A stretch of DNA of 64,000 nt from Carcharhinus longimanus (GCA_030264375.1 JASCQW010000139.1:25507719-25571718), one strand, 5' to 3'. Shown: positions 1-13,258, counted from the stretch's first letter. A program made the numbers and translations. The notes: a model not told the origin generated them from the letters alone.

Positions 1-785
1 TCCACTTTGGAAGGAATAATAGTAAAATGGACTATTAAATAGTGAAAAATTACAACATGCTACTGTGCAGAGGGACCTGGGGGGGGGGTCCTTGTGCATG
101 AATCACAAAAAGTCAGTTTGCAGGTGCAGCAGGTAATCAAGAAGGCAAATGGAATGTTGGCCTTTATTGCGAGAAGGATGGAGTGTAAAAGCAGGGAGAT
201 GGTGCTGCAACTGAACAAGGTACTGGTGAGGCCTCACCGAGAGTACTGTGTACAATTTTGGTCCCCTTATTTAAGAAAGGATATATTAGCTTTACAGGGG
301 GTACAGAGAAAGTTCACCAGGTTGATTCTGGAGATGAGGGGGTCAGCTTATGAGGAGAGATTGAGTAGATTGGGCCTGTATTCATTGGAGTTTAGAAGGT
401 TGAGGGGAGATCTTAGAGACATATAAGATAACGAAGGGGCTCGACAGGGTAGAAGCAGCAAGGTCATTTCCACTTAAAATGGAAGCAAGAACTTGGGAGC
501 GTAGCCTCAAAATACGGGGGAGTCAATTTAGAACAGAGTTGAGGAGGAACTTCTTGCAGAGGGTAGTGAATGTTTGGAATTCTCTGCCCAATGAAGCAGT
601 AGAGGCTACCTCGTTAAAAGTGTTTAAGTCACAGATTTTTAACCAATAAGGGATTGTGTTATGGGGAGCGGGCGGGTAAGTGGAACTGAACCCACTATCA
701 GATCAGCCATGATCTTATTGAATGGTGGAGCAGGCCCAAGGGGCTAGGTGGCCTACTGCTGCTCGTATTTCTTTATGTTCTTATT
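1..785 (+). mobile_element. CR1-type LINE 3' fragment (RT C-terminus and tail)
   Basis: ORF 94-426 reads VIKKANGMLAFI...LVRPHREYCVQFWSPYLRKDILALQGVQRKFTRLI, a typical CR1 ORF2 end; ends in a ttatgttcttat tail. Confidence 0.9.
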
Positions 786-1719
786 GGAATTACTCACAAC
801 TGTCAAAGTTCCTTTTGGTACACATTTTTAACAATAAATGGACTGAACAGAACAATTGACAAACTAGCTCATCCGATAAATCACATTATTATTGAGCTTG
901 ATATAAATCTAATATGCCAGTTTGTTAATGGATCTGGTTAGATTCCTGTTGTAAATAAACAAATTATAATTGTACTTCAATGCACCTTAGCTGAACTGTA
1001 TATTTGCATAGTTTTGAATATCTGATTATATTAGCTCCAATTCATTGAATTAGGATCATTTAGGCTGTTCTGGATTTGGCATAGAAGGTTTAAACACCAG
1101 TGAAGAGGACAATATTAAATGGAAGTGATATTGTTGTGATAAAATCCAAAAGACCTTTGGAGAAGAGCATGTTGTGTAAGAGAGTAAATTAAAACTGGGA
1201 ATTTAACCACAGTTTTCAAAAAAGGAAAGTAAATTGAAACTGCATTGTGAAAAAAAGTGGTTAAGATTTAACGTTTTCAGGTTGTTAGCATCTCTGGCGT
1301 TCTTAAATCATCTCTTCTCAACTCAGTCCGCAACAATCATAGCAGAAGTTTCATGAAGAGTTGCATTTTGTGGGTCTAGAACTTGGAACCGAACAATGCA
1401 GTAGTGTGTGAATCAATCACATTCATTATCTTCATTAAGAGTCTTTAGTGCATAACCCTAATTGAAAACAACATTTTACCTATTTTTCACTTAGGTTAAA
1501 TAAAATTTGTGTATAAATTTGTTTTTTGGTGCACTGTTTAAGAAATGTCTTCTTTACGTTTTATAATTTGTTTTAATTATTTATTAATAAATACCACTCT
1601 CATTGAAAACATTCTAAATCTGCCCTTAACCTACTTTCCCATTCACTTTAGTCAGCTTGGCCTTCATACCCTTAATTTTCGACCCACTTTTCTTTTAAGC
1701 AAAATGCAAAATTCAATCG

Positions 1720-3530
1720 TGTTATGATCATTGCTACTTAGGGTTCCTTTACCATTAGGTCATTAATTAATCCTGTTTCATTGCACATTAGCTAGAAAGC
1801 CTGCTCTCTGGTTGTCTCCAGAACAAGTTGCTCTAATAAACTGCCCCATAAGTACTCTATGAACTCATCTTCTGGCCTGTCTTTGCCAATCTGATTTACC
1901 TAATATATATTCAGATTAAAATCACCCACACTTGTTGCCATACCTTTTTCACCAGCCCCTGTTATTCTTACTGTATACCCCTTTCTACAGTGTAGTTACT
2001 TTGAGGACTACAAACTACTCCCACAAATTATTTATTATCTTTTTGCTATTTCTTTGCATCAATTGATTCTACATTTTGACCTTTAGAAATAAGGTCATCT
2101 CTTACTATTGTACTGATGTCGCTCTTAATTAAGATGTGGATATGCTGGCGTTGGACTGGGGTGAACACAGTAAAAAGTCTGACAACTTTTTAAGTTGTAA
2201 AAGTTGTTTTTTAAGATTTAAATAAATTGGTTGGACTTAAACCTGGTGTTGTCAGACTTTTTACTGTGCTCTTAATTGACAGAGCTGTTCCATCACTTTC
2301 TCCTATCTTCCTGTCATGAAATGTCATGTATCCCTTCAATATTCAGTTCCTTGTCTTTGTCATCATGCAGATACACCTCTGTAATGGTTATTAGATTATA
2401 CATATTTAAGCTAACCGATTACCCATTTTATTATGAATGCTATGTGTGTTCAGATAGAACCTTTTAATTCTGTATTTTCACTACTTTCACAACCTCTGTC
2501 TTTATCTTCAGATGCAGTCTGAAGTTTATACGCTCTTTCCTTTTCTGCCACGCTCTGATTATCACTACTCTTGCAGCTACCTTGCTGTCTTGCCTCGTCC
2601 TTTCCTTTTAGTTAATCACATCTTCCCTCACGTGACCCCTTGTTGCCACTATTTAGTTTAAAAACCCTTTCTATTGATCTAGTTACACAACTCGCCAGAA
2701 CATTGGTCCCATCAGGGTTCAGTTGACAACCATCCCAATGGTACCACTCCTATTTCCCTGTAAGTGATGCCAGTGCCCCATGAGTTGAAACCGGTTTCTC
2801 CCAAACCAGTCTGAGAAACATGCATTCGATACTCTAACCTTATTTACCCTATGCCAGTTTGCTTGTAGCTCAAGTAATAATCTAGCAAATATTTTCTTTG
2901 ACATTCTACTTTTGGCACATAGCTACTCTTACTCCCTAAGCAGAATCTCTTTCGAAGTGCTATTTATGTCATAGGTACCTACATTGACCATGACAACTAG
3001 ATTCCTCCCACCGCCAGCACAAAGTAAGGTCCGCTTCAGCACACGCACGTGCTCGCACTCCAGCATTGGACTGGATGAGGTGATATCCTGAACCTTGGCA
3101 TCGGGCAGGTATCACAATCGTTTGGACTCTGCAGATAACTGTCTATCCCGCTGGCTCTGCTGTCCCCTCATACTAATATATTTGTATTTACACTCCTTAT
3201 TTGAATAGCCTCCTATACCATGGTAACTTGCTCATCCACCCTACAGGCCTTACTTTCCTTCATGCAAGGTCCTTGAGCATCTTAGACAATTGCAAGTACT
3301 GAGTCTTCTCCACTTCTACTTTCTAGACCACTATAGCTCACCTCACTTGCAGTCCCAACCTCTTGTCACTGGCGATGAAACAAACAAAAGGACCCTAGCC
3401 TAACGAGTGTGACTGCTTTGTAGAATGGAAGTATCCAGGTAGCTTTCTCCCTCCAAGTGTTTGAAGCCAGATTGTAGCTCACTAACTCTGAGCAACGATT
3501 CAGATCTTAAAAGCACAGAAGACTTCATTA
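1720..3530 (-). mobile_element. Degraded LINE 5' region (ORF1 / ORF2 start), antisense
   Basis: Minus ORF 2719-2904 (NACFSDWFGRNRFQLMGHWH) resembles the esterase-type ORF1 of CR1 elements; borders approximate. Confidence 0.55.
2131..2267. mobile_element. Short Penelope-like terminal fragment with 10-bp target-site duplication
   Basis: gctcttaatt at 2121-2130 and 2268-2277; internal 21-bp perfect inverted repeat 2166-2186/2248-2268; related copy at 30948-31011. Confidence 0.65.
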
Positions 3531-3799
3531 ATTGCCGGACCATTTAAGCCATCAGTCATATTAGTTATTTTCACTGAGAAACATGTTGACTCAGTGCATC
3601 AGTGGTTTTCTGTGGGTTACATTTTATGACACTACTGCTTCATCATGGTGCTAATTTGTTTTCCATCCAGTTTAAAGACACGGTGTTGACATTGTGTTCA
3701 AAGATTTTGATTGTGACAAAGTACAAACTTTTTAATAAAAGAATCTTTGTATATAAAAGCAAGTAAAAATTTGAAAATAATATTTCCTCTTTTTTTCAG

Positions 3800-3975
3800 G
3801 TTTATACCAGTCCAGTCCAGCTGGTACTGATGCTTGCTTTGCAAGACAGCACAACAGTTTGGACAATAATGGTCAATGTTTCCTTGGTGCTAATGGGAAC
3901 ATTTTGGCACACCTTGGTCCACAGAAACCAGGAGCTATTGATAACCAGTCACTTGTAATGCAAGGATCTGTGAAG
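3800..3975 (+). CDS. USP32: USP32 exon ~14 (DUSP region)
   Basis: tttcag|...|gtattg; (G)LYQSSPAGTDACFARQHNSLDNNGQCFLGANGNILAHLGPQKPGAIDNQSLVMQGSVK; 176 nt. Confidence 0.93.
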
Positions 3976-4082
3976 GTATTGATATAATGCTTGTAAAGAT
4001 CAAAAAGTCTTTAAATGTGCTGTGATGAGTTTTTCAATTGTCTGAATATTAGGTTTGTTGTTTTGCATATATAAAGAGTGCC

Positions 4083-4440
4083 ATAGTGATGATGTGATTG
4101 GACTAGGAATTCAGAAGCTCAGGCAAACGCTTTGGGGACCTGGGTTCAAATCCCACCATGGCAGCTGATGAAATTTAAATTCAAATTAATAATCTGAAAT
4201 TGAAACCCAGTCTCAGTGGTGGTGGCCAAAAAACCATCACTGATTGTCATAAAATCCCATCTGGTTCACTGATGTCCTTCAGGGAAGGAAATTGCCATCT
4301 TTGCCTGGCCTGGTCTGTGTATCTCTCCAGTAATGTGATTGATTTTTAATTGCCCTCTAAACTGGCCTAACAGGAACTGGCCTAGCAAGCTACTTAGTTC
4401 AAGATGGCCTTGCCAGTGAAGCTTGCATCCCATGAAAAAA
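4083..4440 (+). mobile_element. tRNA-derived SINE (second shark SINE family)
   Basis: B-box-like ggttcaaatccc, core cccatctggttcactgatgtccttcagggaaggaaa, A tail; similar copy at 34578-34940. Confidence 0.75.
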
Positions 4441-5004
4441 AGTACATTTTCAGACTAAGTATTCCATTCTTGCTAAATGATTTTCAAATGTGGAGCTCCA
4501 CAAAATGTTTTGAGATCTAGCCACGTCAACAGCTCTGGCGTGTTCAACTGTGTAAATGTTAGCAAGCCAATAACCAACATTTTTTAATTCACAAGAGATT
4601 CAAGTGGGTGATGATGTAAAGGTGGAGGTAAACAAACATGTTTCTGAACTAGCATTTCACATGGCTCCAGCTGCTGCTGCTTGCCAGTCAATTCCAATCT
4701 TTGCATTTACCAAAGGACGCTGCAAGCAGCTGTTGCTAAAATGGTGGAATGAGGAAAAAGATGGAATTTGTTGTCAGTAAATAAGCAGTGGTGTATTACT
4801 TTTTTAAAAACAAAATATGGTTTATTGTGATGCTGTGAATGCAGAAAAGCTGGGTGATGTGCAAGAGCAGCACGATTTGGGATTCATGTGCATAAGATAA
4901 TGCCTCAGCATAAAGCAATGCCTCAGAAGGATAAGGACATAAAGTTAACAGTATACTAGGTGGGATCCACTACAAAAAATAGTTATTGAAGCAGAGACAA
5001 TATA

Positions 5005-5285
5005 GGATGACACAGTGGTTTAGCACTGCTGCCTCACAGTAACAGAGACCGAGGTTCAATTCCAGCCTCTATCACTGAGTGGAGTTCTCCCTGTTTCTGC
5101 TTCGGTTTCCTCTCTGTTCAAAAATGTGCAGGTTAGGTTGATTAGACATGCTAAATTGCCCATTAGTGCCAGAGGAATTAGCAGGGTAAAACATGGGGTT
5201 ACAGGTAGAGCCTAGCTGGGATTGCTGTCAGTACAGGCTCAATGGGGTGAATCACAGCCTCCCACACTGTAGGGATTGTATGAAT
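5005..5285 (+). mobile_element. HE1-type tRNA SINE
   Basis: cagtggtttagcactgctgcctcacag head, ggttcaattcc B box, gctaaattgccc core. Confidence 0.85.
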
Positions 5286-6655
5286 ATTGACATTTGGGAA
5301 TATGTTAGATGGAGCAGACATTATGATGACTGCTTATATATGAAGAAATGATACACAAATTTGTAAATTTTGTGGTGACAGACTTTTAGACGTACCCTAA
5401 ACTTCCACACCAAGATCAAGTATGGTGTAATTTCGCAAAGGCATCGCTTGGTCATTTTATTTACAGTATTTCACAGTAGAAACAAATTTTTTATTAAAAA
5501 ACCCTTTGCCACAATTATTGCCTTGGATTGATTGGTACAGCAACAAATTTGAAATCAGATTTGATTACAAGTATAATTTTTATTAAACGAGAAAAGTAAC
5601 TTGTGTCAGCATCAAAATCAAAATTGTTAGCTCAACAACTTTAAATTTAATCCAGATTTTAATTGAACTTAAGAATTTTTGTACATCATACTCTGCAGCC
5701 TGTAACACTGTTGAGCACAGCATTTTCCTCTGAGCCTCTTTTCCAATGTCCAGTTGAGTGATGCTGCCCTTGCTTGGTTCCATTCCTATCTGTCCAGTTG
5801 TACCCAGAAAATCACCTCTGCTGGCTTTCCTTCCTGGTCCCATTCTACTACAATGTGAAAACCCCTAAGAATCTTTGGCCTACTCTTATCATCATTGTAC
5901 CTCGGCAATGTCGTTAAAATGACAATATCTCATTTTACATAATGCAGACAAGGCCCAGCTCTCCACAACTACTACTTCATTTGTCTGTCCCATTGCACAG
6001 ATTAGTCTCACTTCTTGGTCAATAGCCAATATTGGATATGCAGATATTTTCACCTGTTAAATATTGAGAAGACCCAAAGCCACAAATTATATTCTTAGCC
6101 ACTGACTCCTTCAATCTTCCTGACTACTGTCAAAGGCTGAATTAAACAATTTGCAAACTTGTTGTCCCACTCAACCCTAAGCTGAGCTTCTCCCCTCCCA
6201 TATTATCTGTCATCAAAACTATCGACCACTGACAGCGAAGTTCAATGCCTTTTCTTTTGTGTTTAATCCAAATTGTTTGTATTCATGGAAGAAAAGTGGA
6301 TCTAACAGGGAATTGCATCATAATGCTATTGTACAGTACCAACCATATTATGCTAATTCAAAAAACTTGTTGGTTTTGCTTTCTACCTTCTAGTCATCCT
6401 TTCATCTTTGTGGATGATGCAGTATTTTTCCTGAAGACTGTCATGATCTTTGTTACGATCTGTCATACAGTCCACTTTGGTGTCATCAACAGATTTCAAC
6501 ATATTCACAAGTTCCTGAGTCAAGATTATTTATGCATGAGCACCTGTGACATACCACAGATCCCTTCAGTTACTCAATTGCGTTAATGTTTAAAAATGAC
6601 TAAAATTGTTACAGTTTTATATATTTCAATATGTAGTATTGCTTTCCTTGTAAAG

Positions 6656-6796
6656 GCCCCAACATTAACTTTAGAGGGTGGACGCCTGAAACAAAATCCA
6701 GCTTTGGTTCGAGGCAAGGACTATGCAATCGTTCCAGAGCCTGTATGGAGGGCACTCTATCATTGGTATGGAGCAAACCTGGCCCTACCAAGGCCT
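6656..6796 (+). CDS. USP32: USP32 exon ~15
   Basis: aag|APTLTLEGGRLKQNPALVRGKDYAIVPEPVWRALYHWYGANLALPRP|gtaagt; 141 nt. Confidence 0.96.
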
Positions 6797-7169
6797 GTAA
6801 GTTATCTTTATCTTCAGTTTTTTTTGGTGTTTTTATATTTGGAAACTGTCAAAGAATTAACACTCATATTTACATATGCTTTCAGTTTTGTGCTTTTTTT
6901 CTGAAATGTGCAAATTTTGAATTATTTTGTACACTTGTTTTCCATTTTTGAATATAAAAATCTTTTAAAATTGAACTTGATATGAAGTAAAGAAAATATT
7001 TCAGTTTAAAATTACTCATTTATTTGCACAATGATATCCAAAATAAGTGCATTTTAACCTATTGAGGTCTTTGATTAGAATAGAACTGTTTTGATGGTTT
7101 TGTTTAAGAAGGATGGAAAGGATCAATTGGCATCAATTGATGCCAATCTAGCATCACAAATGAGGAAAC

Positions 7170-7445
7170 ATTTTCTTTTTATCTGCTCTTGCAATGTGAG
7201 CAGCTTTGGTGAGACCATATTGCTCTTTGCTAGTTGCTGTAACAACACTGAGAATCAACCGTTCTTGTGAGACCAAGTCTCATGTAGGCTGGAGAATGCC
7301 AGGTCCCTTTCCTGAAGGACATTAACTAGTGAGTTTTTATAGGTTTTTTTGGAATTTCAGTTTCCACATCACTAGGTTTAGATCACAATTTACCCCCACA
7401 AGATTTAAACACACTACTGGCATCCTAGTCTAATACCCTAACCAC
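7170..7445 (-). mobile_element. Degraded SINE of the 4083-type family, antisense
   Basis: ttcctgaaggacatta core in reverse orientation; degraded. Confidence 0.5.
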
Positions 7446-7999
7446 TCAAACTTGATAACATATTTCGGAGTATGGCCCACTAGTATATATTTCCACAGAT
7501 GTTCATGCTACCCTGAGGTGGATGTTTGAGAGAAGCCTTTGAATAGCAAACTGTAGTCCTGTATTTCAACTTCAAAACCTTAAACCTCTGTTCTATGATT
7601 TAGTCAGTCAGTGAATAATTTTCCATGGTATTTCCCCAAGGAAAAGCAAAAGCGCAAATTAGTTTCTATTTGGTTACAGGAGTTGACCAAATTAGAATGT
7701 TACATATCTTAGTATGCTATTTTAGCTAAGAAGTTTTAGAATATATATAGCCTGAAATGAATAGTTTAATGTTAAAGAATTTAGTAATTTCATGGTGCAT
7801 AATCTGCTTAATGATTTTAAAATTGAGCATTTTCAGAATGTCTAAAACTGCCAGTTATAAGAGAAGTTTTCAGTTATGAGCAATGAAAAAATGTTGTTTT
7901 TCCATTCTGTTTTACTTAATGAAGAAGATTTTGTCAAGATCTTGAGATATTCAGTATGGCCCATAACTTGACCTCGTGCAGGGACTGCATGGGAATTAA

Positions 8000-8400
8000 C
8001 TATCCTACTCACCTACAGCTATCCTCCCGTTCCCCACCCTCAATCCGACTACACTCCCACCTTCCCCTACCGCATCCATCAGATTACATCCCTCCCCCAA
8101 CAAGTCCAACTCCTCCACCTCCCTCACATCTGACTATCCCCCCTGCCCTTTCCAGCTCACCTTCCACAGCCTCTTCTCTCCCACTACCACTCCCCCAAAA
8201 AACAACCACCTTGTTGGCTCTCACTCCACCTGCACGACCACATCCTCCCTCCATCCTCCTCCCAGCCTGACAACTTTCCTGTTCCCCAAAACTCACTCCA
8301 ACTACTCCTCCAACTTGCCCCAACCCCACTACCTGTCTGATCACCTGACACACTTGACTGATCACAATCCCTACCCACCTACTTGACCCTTTTGCCTTCT
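8000..8400. repeat. C-rich low-complexity tract
   Basis: Strong C/T strand bias; produces spurious Pro-rich and Gly-rich ORFs. Confidence 0.7.
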
Positions 8401-8846
8401 CCTTAACTTTAAATGACTGGGTTATTTAAATTTCCCTGCTTCACTGTAGCTGGTGCTGTAAGAAGGAAGAGTGGCTTCCTTTCCCCTTAGTGTGCTATAC
8501 CAAAAATTGAATGCCTTGGTGACGTACTACACTGCATTATTCTGAGAAGGCATGAGTTGGCGGTTCAGGCAAACAAGCAGCTGTATTCCAGTGTAAATAA
8601 GGATGAGTAGAGTGGCAATCCGACTGTGATTGTCACTCCTTGTAAGTTCTCACCCAATTGTATTGTTCTTAGGGCTGCCTTTTCATGAACCGAATGGTTG
8701 CTCTAAAACACTGTCTCTGGCATGTTTTCAAAATCTTGGTAATTGTTAGCAAGGCAAGAAATTTGAGATTCTGTGGTTTCAAGTAATTTTCTGTGACCAT
8801 GTGATCGAACAGTAACTACTAGTTTTCATTTTTCTATCATAATTAG

Positions 8847-8964
8847 GTCATTACAAACACAACAAATAATGAAGCAGAGCTGGAATTATTTCCTCGCTAC
8901 CTACTTTTCTTGCGTCAGCAACCAGCCACGCGTACACAACAGTCCAACATCTGGGTGAATATGG
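8847..8964 (+). CDS. USP32: USP32 exon ~16 (short form; long form ends at 9006)
   Basis: attag|VITNTTNNEAELELFPRYLLFLRQQPATRTQQSNIWVNM(G)|gtatga; 118 nt; second in-phase donor G|gtaatg after 9006. Confidence 0.95.
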
Positions 8965-10957
8965 GTATGATGAGCCTGAGAACATTTCCTCAACATGCAC
9001 CTCGAGGTAATGCAAGACTGCAGCAAGAAAGGGGAGCTATTAGTTCTCTGGTTGCTGAATGCGAATTCTATCTGCATTACGTTTTCAAACTAAGATTATA
9101 GTTTTGAATTGAGGCTTTATCAAAATCCAGATGACCATTCAAAGCTGCCTATTCAGGAAAAATAGTAAAAATAACAAAGCTACTATTGCATGGTCTTTGA
9201 GTAAGACTTGGCCTTATGTAAAGCATCATTTGTTTTTTGAACCACAAAAACCGTGGACACCCAAATTTTAATACTTGAAATCAATCGTCCGCCAATGACC
9301 AGAGCAAGAATACAAAAACAAAATGGTCATTGTAACCAACACAATTTGAGCTCTGTAACCCAATTCCATCATTAACTGCGAGTGGACAATTGATCAGAAA
9401 TAAAATGAGCAAAATTAAGTTTCTTGTACAGAAAGCTGAAACATAACAGAACCCTGGCTCCATTTACAGTGGTTGTCGGTACTCTTGAGTGGACCCAGCA
9501 CTGTGTGCTTGTTTATGTCCCTGAACAACGATTTGGCAAAATATCTTATAATAAGCTTCCAAGTCTTACCCAACAGTGATTTTTTTTAATAAAATCGAAC
9601 TCTGGATTAAATTTAATCGAATCTACTTTCTTGCTGTAATCTTACATCTATACCTCTTAATTTGTGATTTAACTGATTTATGTTTCTTATGCTCCAGCTT
9701 TTCCCCAACAGTGTAACTACCTGTAGCCTTTTATAATTTATATGCGCAAAACTCCACCAGAAAATAGTTAATAATCAAACTGTTCACAAATTAGATTTTT
9801 AGCCTTTATTATTTCTTTAAAATGAATTAATTTACGTTCATGTTAAACTTTGGAAATTTAGCTACTCTATCCAAACTAATATGGTCATGTATGTTTTTTA
9901 AATTTGTTTTAAAATTAAATTGACCTCTTCCTCACTGCCCAGATCATCATTACTAGATCTCTGGGAACACAACTCTTTAACTGACTTGGTGACTGGCTTT
10001 GGGAGTTTTGCAGTTTTCCCCCATCCTCCTCTTGATGGAGAGCTTTGCCTGTTATTCAGATGATGTGACTGAGATTTGGACTTTTTCTGTATAAATAATT
10101 TTCAGTGGAAATCAGCATCATTTAATTATGTGATGGAACACATTAATTTGTCCATTATACCATTGGTTGCAGCTGCAGTGTTACACGATACTGATTTAGG
10201 TTTCTGTTATCGAAGAGAAAAATCTAATCTTTTGCAGATGTATTTAACAGTCTTCAAACATCAAGTTGATTTAAGAGTACAGTAATAAGATGCTATGCTT
10301 AAATTAGTTTTTCCATAAAATCATGTCATGCAGAAAGCAATTACTTGTAATACAATTTTGTTTTATTAGGTAGTTTTTATTAGCAATTATATTGATTTAC
10401 AAAGCAGTCTGAATCCTATGACAGTTGAATCATTTGCTTTCTGATTAATGAAATTACTACATTAAATCATTCATCCAGTCTGATTCTTTTCCATTGAAAC
10501 AATGTATTGGACATTTAATTATCAATATATACATTAATGGTTTTATTGTCTTAGTGACTTGGAAATGAGAGATCATAATTAATGGATTGCAACAAATGTA
10601 TGAAACTTATTTGATAACTGAGTATCTTACAGGGATTAAAACAAAAATGTAGTGATTTTTGTGATAGTTTTTCACAACCAGGCCTGTAGTTGGAGCAGGT
10701 GTAATCTATTTTGAGTCTGGTTGGTTAGTAAAACTCATAATACCAATCTGTGTGAAGGAAGACTGACCTTTTCAGGCCTAATTTGTTAGCAACATAACTT
10801 TGTAGCGGCATCTAGAAACATGCCATTTCCATTCCTCATGGAGACCTAGTTGTCCAACTGCGGTCTAGGGTGGCAGCAACATATTATTTTGTATTTTGAC
10901 AATTATTTGTGTCGTGGCTTGTACACTTTCATCTTAAAGCACTTGTTGTGAATTTAG

Positions 10958-11112
10958 GAAATGTACCTTCACCATCTTCTCCAATGAAACGAGTGTTAGC
11001 TTACACTGGCTGCTTCAGCCGCATGCAAACAATAAAAGATATACATGAATACTTATCTCAGCGGCTTCGAATAAAGGAGGAAGACATGCGACTGTGGCTG
11101 TATAACAGTGAG
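10958..11112 (+). CDS. USP32: USP32 exon ~17 (UBL region)
   Basis: tttag|NVPSPSSPMKRVLAYTGCFSRMQTIKDIHEYLSQRLRIKEEDMRLWLYNSE|gtaaaa; 155 nt. Confidence 0.96.
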
Positions 11113-11196
11113 GTAAAACCATACTTTTAATATTCAGTCATTGGGTTGTGTTATGTTGGGATGATCATGCAAAGTGATCTACAATTTTTTTTGTAG

Positions 11197-11278
11197 AACT
11201 ACCTTGCGCTTTTGGATGATGAGGATCACACGTTAGAAGATTTGAAAATTCTAGATGAACAGCACTTGGTGATTGAAG
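11197..11278 (+). CDS. USP32: USP32 exon ~18
   Basis: tgtag|NYLALLDDEDHTLEDLKILDEQHLVIE|gtaaag; 82 nt; preceded by an 84-nt intron. Confidence 0.95.
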
Positions 11279-11384
11279 GTAAAGACAATGCTTTTAAGAA
11301 TCACAGATCAGTGAAATTAACTAATGCATTTGGTCCTCATTTTAAATGAATTTTTCATTTGTGAATCATAGTTTAAATCATGGG

Positions 11385-11640
11385 AGTCATTCATTTATTC
11401 AAAAATTCTTGGCTTGCTACATGGTAACAACTTCAAATCATATTTTTGATCTTCGAAAATGCTTGCTCTATCTTGACATTTTTACTTAATATTATTAAGT
11501 TACTATTATTTGATGGTTATGATCATTGAATTTGTTTGGAAGAAACTACCAAAGCTACAGCAAATATTATTCCCTCACTGATGCCTTAATTGAAGCATAG
11601 AAATAATATCCCCCATGATTTGGTGTTTGAGGATCTTGAG
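11385..11640 (+). repeat. Intronic direct duplication, copy 1
   Basis: Colinear with 13010-13258, e.g. caaagctacagcaaat(a/c)ttattccctcactgatgccttaattgaagcata. Confidence 0.9.
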
Positions 11641-13009
11641 TTTGCTTGGTAAATATGAATAAAGAGCCTACTCAGTTAAAATTATAGCCCCAAATACTTT
11701 GAAACACGCACGCACAATATATATACACGCGCACTCGCGCGCTGTATATACATTATTTAAAGGAAAATGCCAACGACTGCTCAATAAAACCATGTTTTTG
11801 AGTAATGTATATTAGCATGTTCAGTCAGAAACTAATGTGGCATTTCAAGTCCACAAGCAGTCTGTCAGAGTGGTTGCAACTATTACGTTCAACCTATAGT
11901 CCTAAATTTTAAATTTTGCTGTGTATCCCTTCAGATTTGTGTACAGATCAACTTTTTGTATCAATGAGACCTGGTTCTTACCCCACTTCCTCAACAAGAT
12001 TTTTTTTTTCTGCTTTTAATTTTTCATCTAATAGCTTGGCTATTGGGCCATCTTTGCACAAGAATTTGTTTTTGTTCTCTGGAGTTTTGCTCATTGGAAA
12101 ATCTAATGTATTATTTAATAATACATAGATGGTATACTATTCCTCTCTGAAATCCAATGAAAACAATCCTGAACTATGGAACAAATCACATGGTATAGCA
12201 GTGCCTTATTTTAAATCACATGATTCAAGATCACAAATCTGCAGTCTGCTGTTTTCTGGTATTTAAGTATTGCTGATTTTTAAAAGTGCAAAGACAAGTA
12301 ATACCTGTATAATTGGCTAACCTGTTGGCTTGAGTAGGTTTTTAAAGGCATCATGTGAATACTTTGTGTCTGTCACAATAATCTCATTAGCCCATGTTTT
12401 CCTCATTGAGCGTATGTTTCCAAAACATTATAGTCAAAGACACAATCATATTTTTCATGATTATTCCATTCACTGCTGTTGAAGCTGCCAGAATAACTTT
12501 CCAGTTCAGTGTAAAATTTAAATGTCTTAAGAACCAAGTCACAAAACAACTAGGAATGTGAGAATTGCTGAACAAAATAAAAACAGCCAAGACCCATCCA
12601 ACTCACTTCCTATATCCTGATAGTTGCATGATACAGCAATATTGGAATTGTTCACTAATCATAGCAATCTTTGTCGATTAATCTAAAATAGATCTTGATA
12701 CAATGAGAAAAAGCCTTGGTGATGGAAAGTTTTGGGGACAAGTTGCCCAAAGTCACCTGCTCTTCCTAAGCATATCACATTTACTAATTAAATGTTTGAA
12801 AGAAATTCACTGCTGACATTACGCACATAGCCAAGACACAGATTTTTGAATAGAAACCTGAGCATTTACCCCAAGCTTTTACCAATTAATTTTCTCCAAG
12901 GCATATCATCACTGCCATAAGTACGAATGCACCCATTTAATAATGTATATTCAGGCCTATCAACCATTTTTGTTTGCAAATACTGTATATTTGTTGAACA
13001 TCCATTTAG

Positions 13010-13258
13010 TTGTCATTTATTTAAAAACTGTTGGCTTGGTACTTGGTAACAACTTTAAATCATATTTTTGATCTTAGAAAATTCTTGCGCTAAACGTTTT
13101 CACTTTGTGTTAAGTTGCAATTATTTAAAGATTATGATCATCTAATTTGTTTGTACGAAACTATCAAAGCTACAGCAAATCTTATTCCCTCACTGATGCC
13201 TTAATTGAAGCATAAAAATAATAAACTCCCTCATGATTTCGTGTTTGAGGATGTCTGA
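13010..13258 (+). repeat. Intronic direct duplication, copy 2
   Basis: Colinear with 11385-11640. Confidence 0.9.

Noticed and set aside
5005-5075. tRNA genes at SINE heads (also 13313, 16274, 35329, 46762)
   Set aside because: A/B-box-like motifs run straight into SINE bodies; no complete cloverleaf
7956-8378. Pro-rich and Gly-rich ORFs on both strands
   Set aside because: By-products of a C-rich low-complexity tract; no splice or homology support
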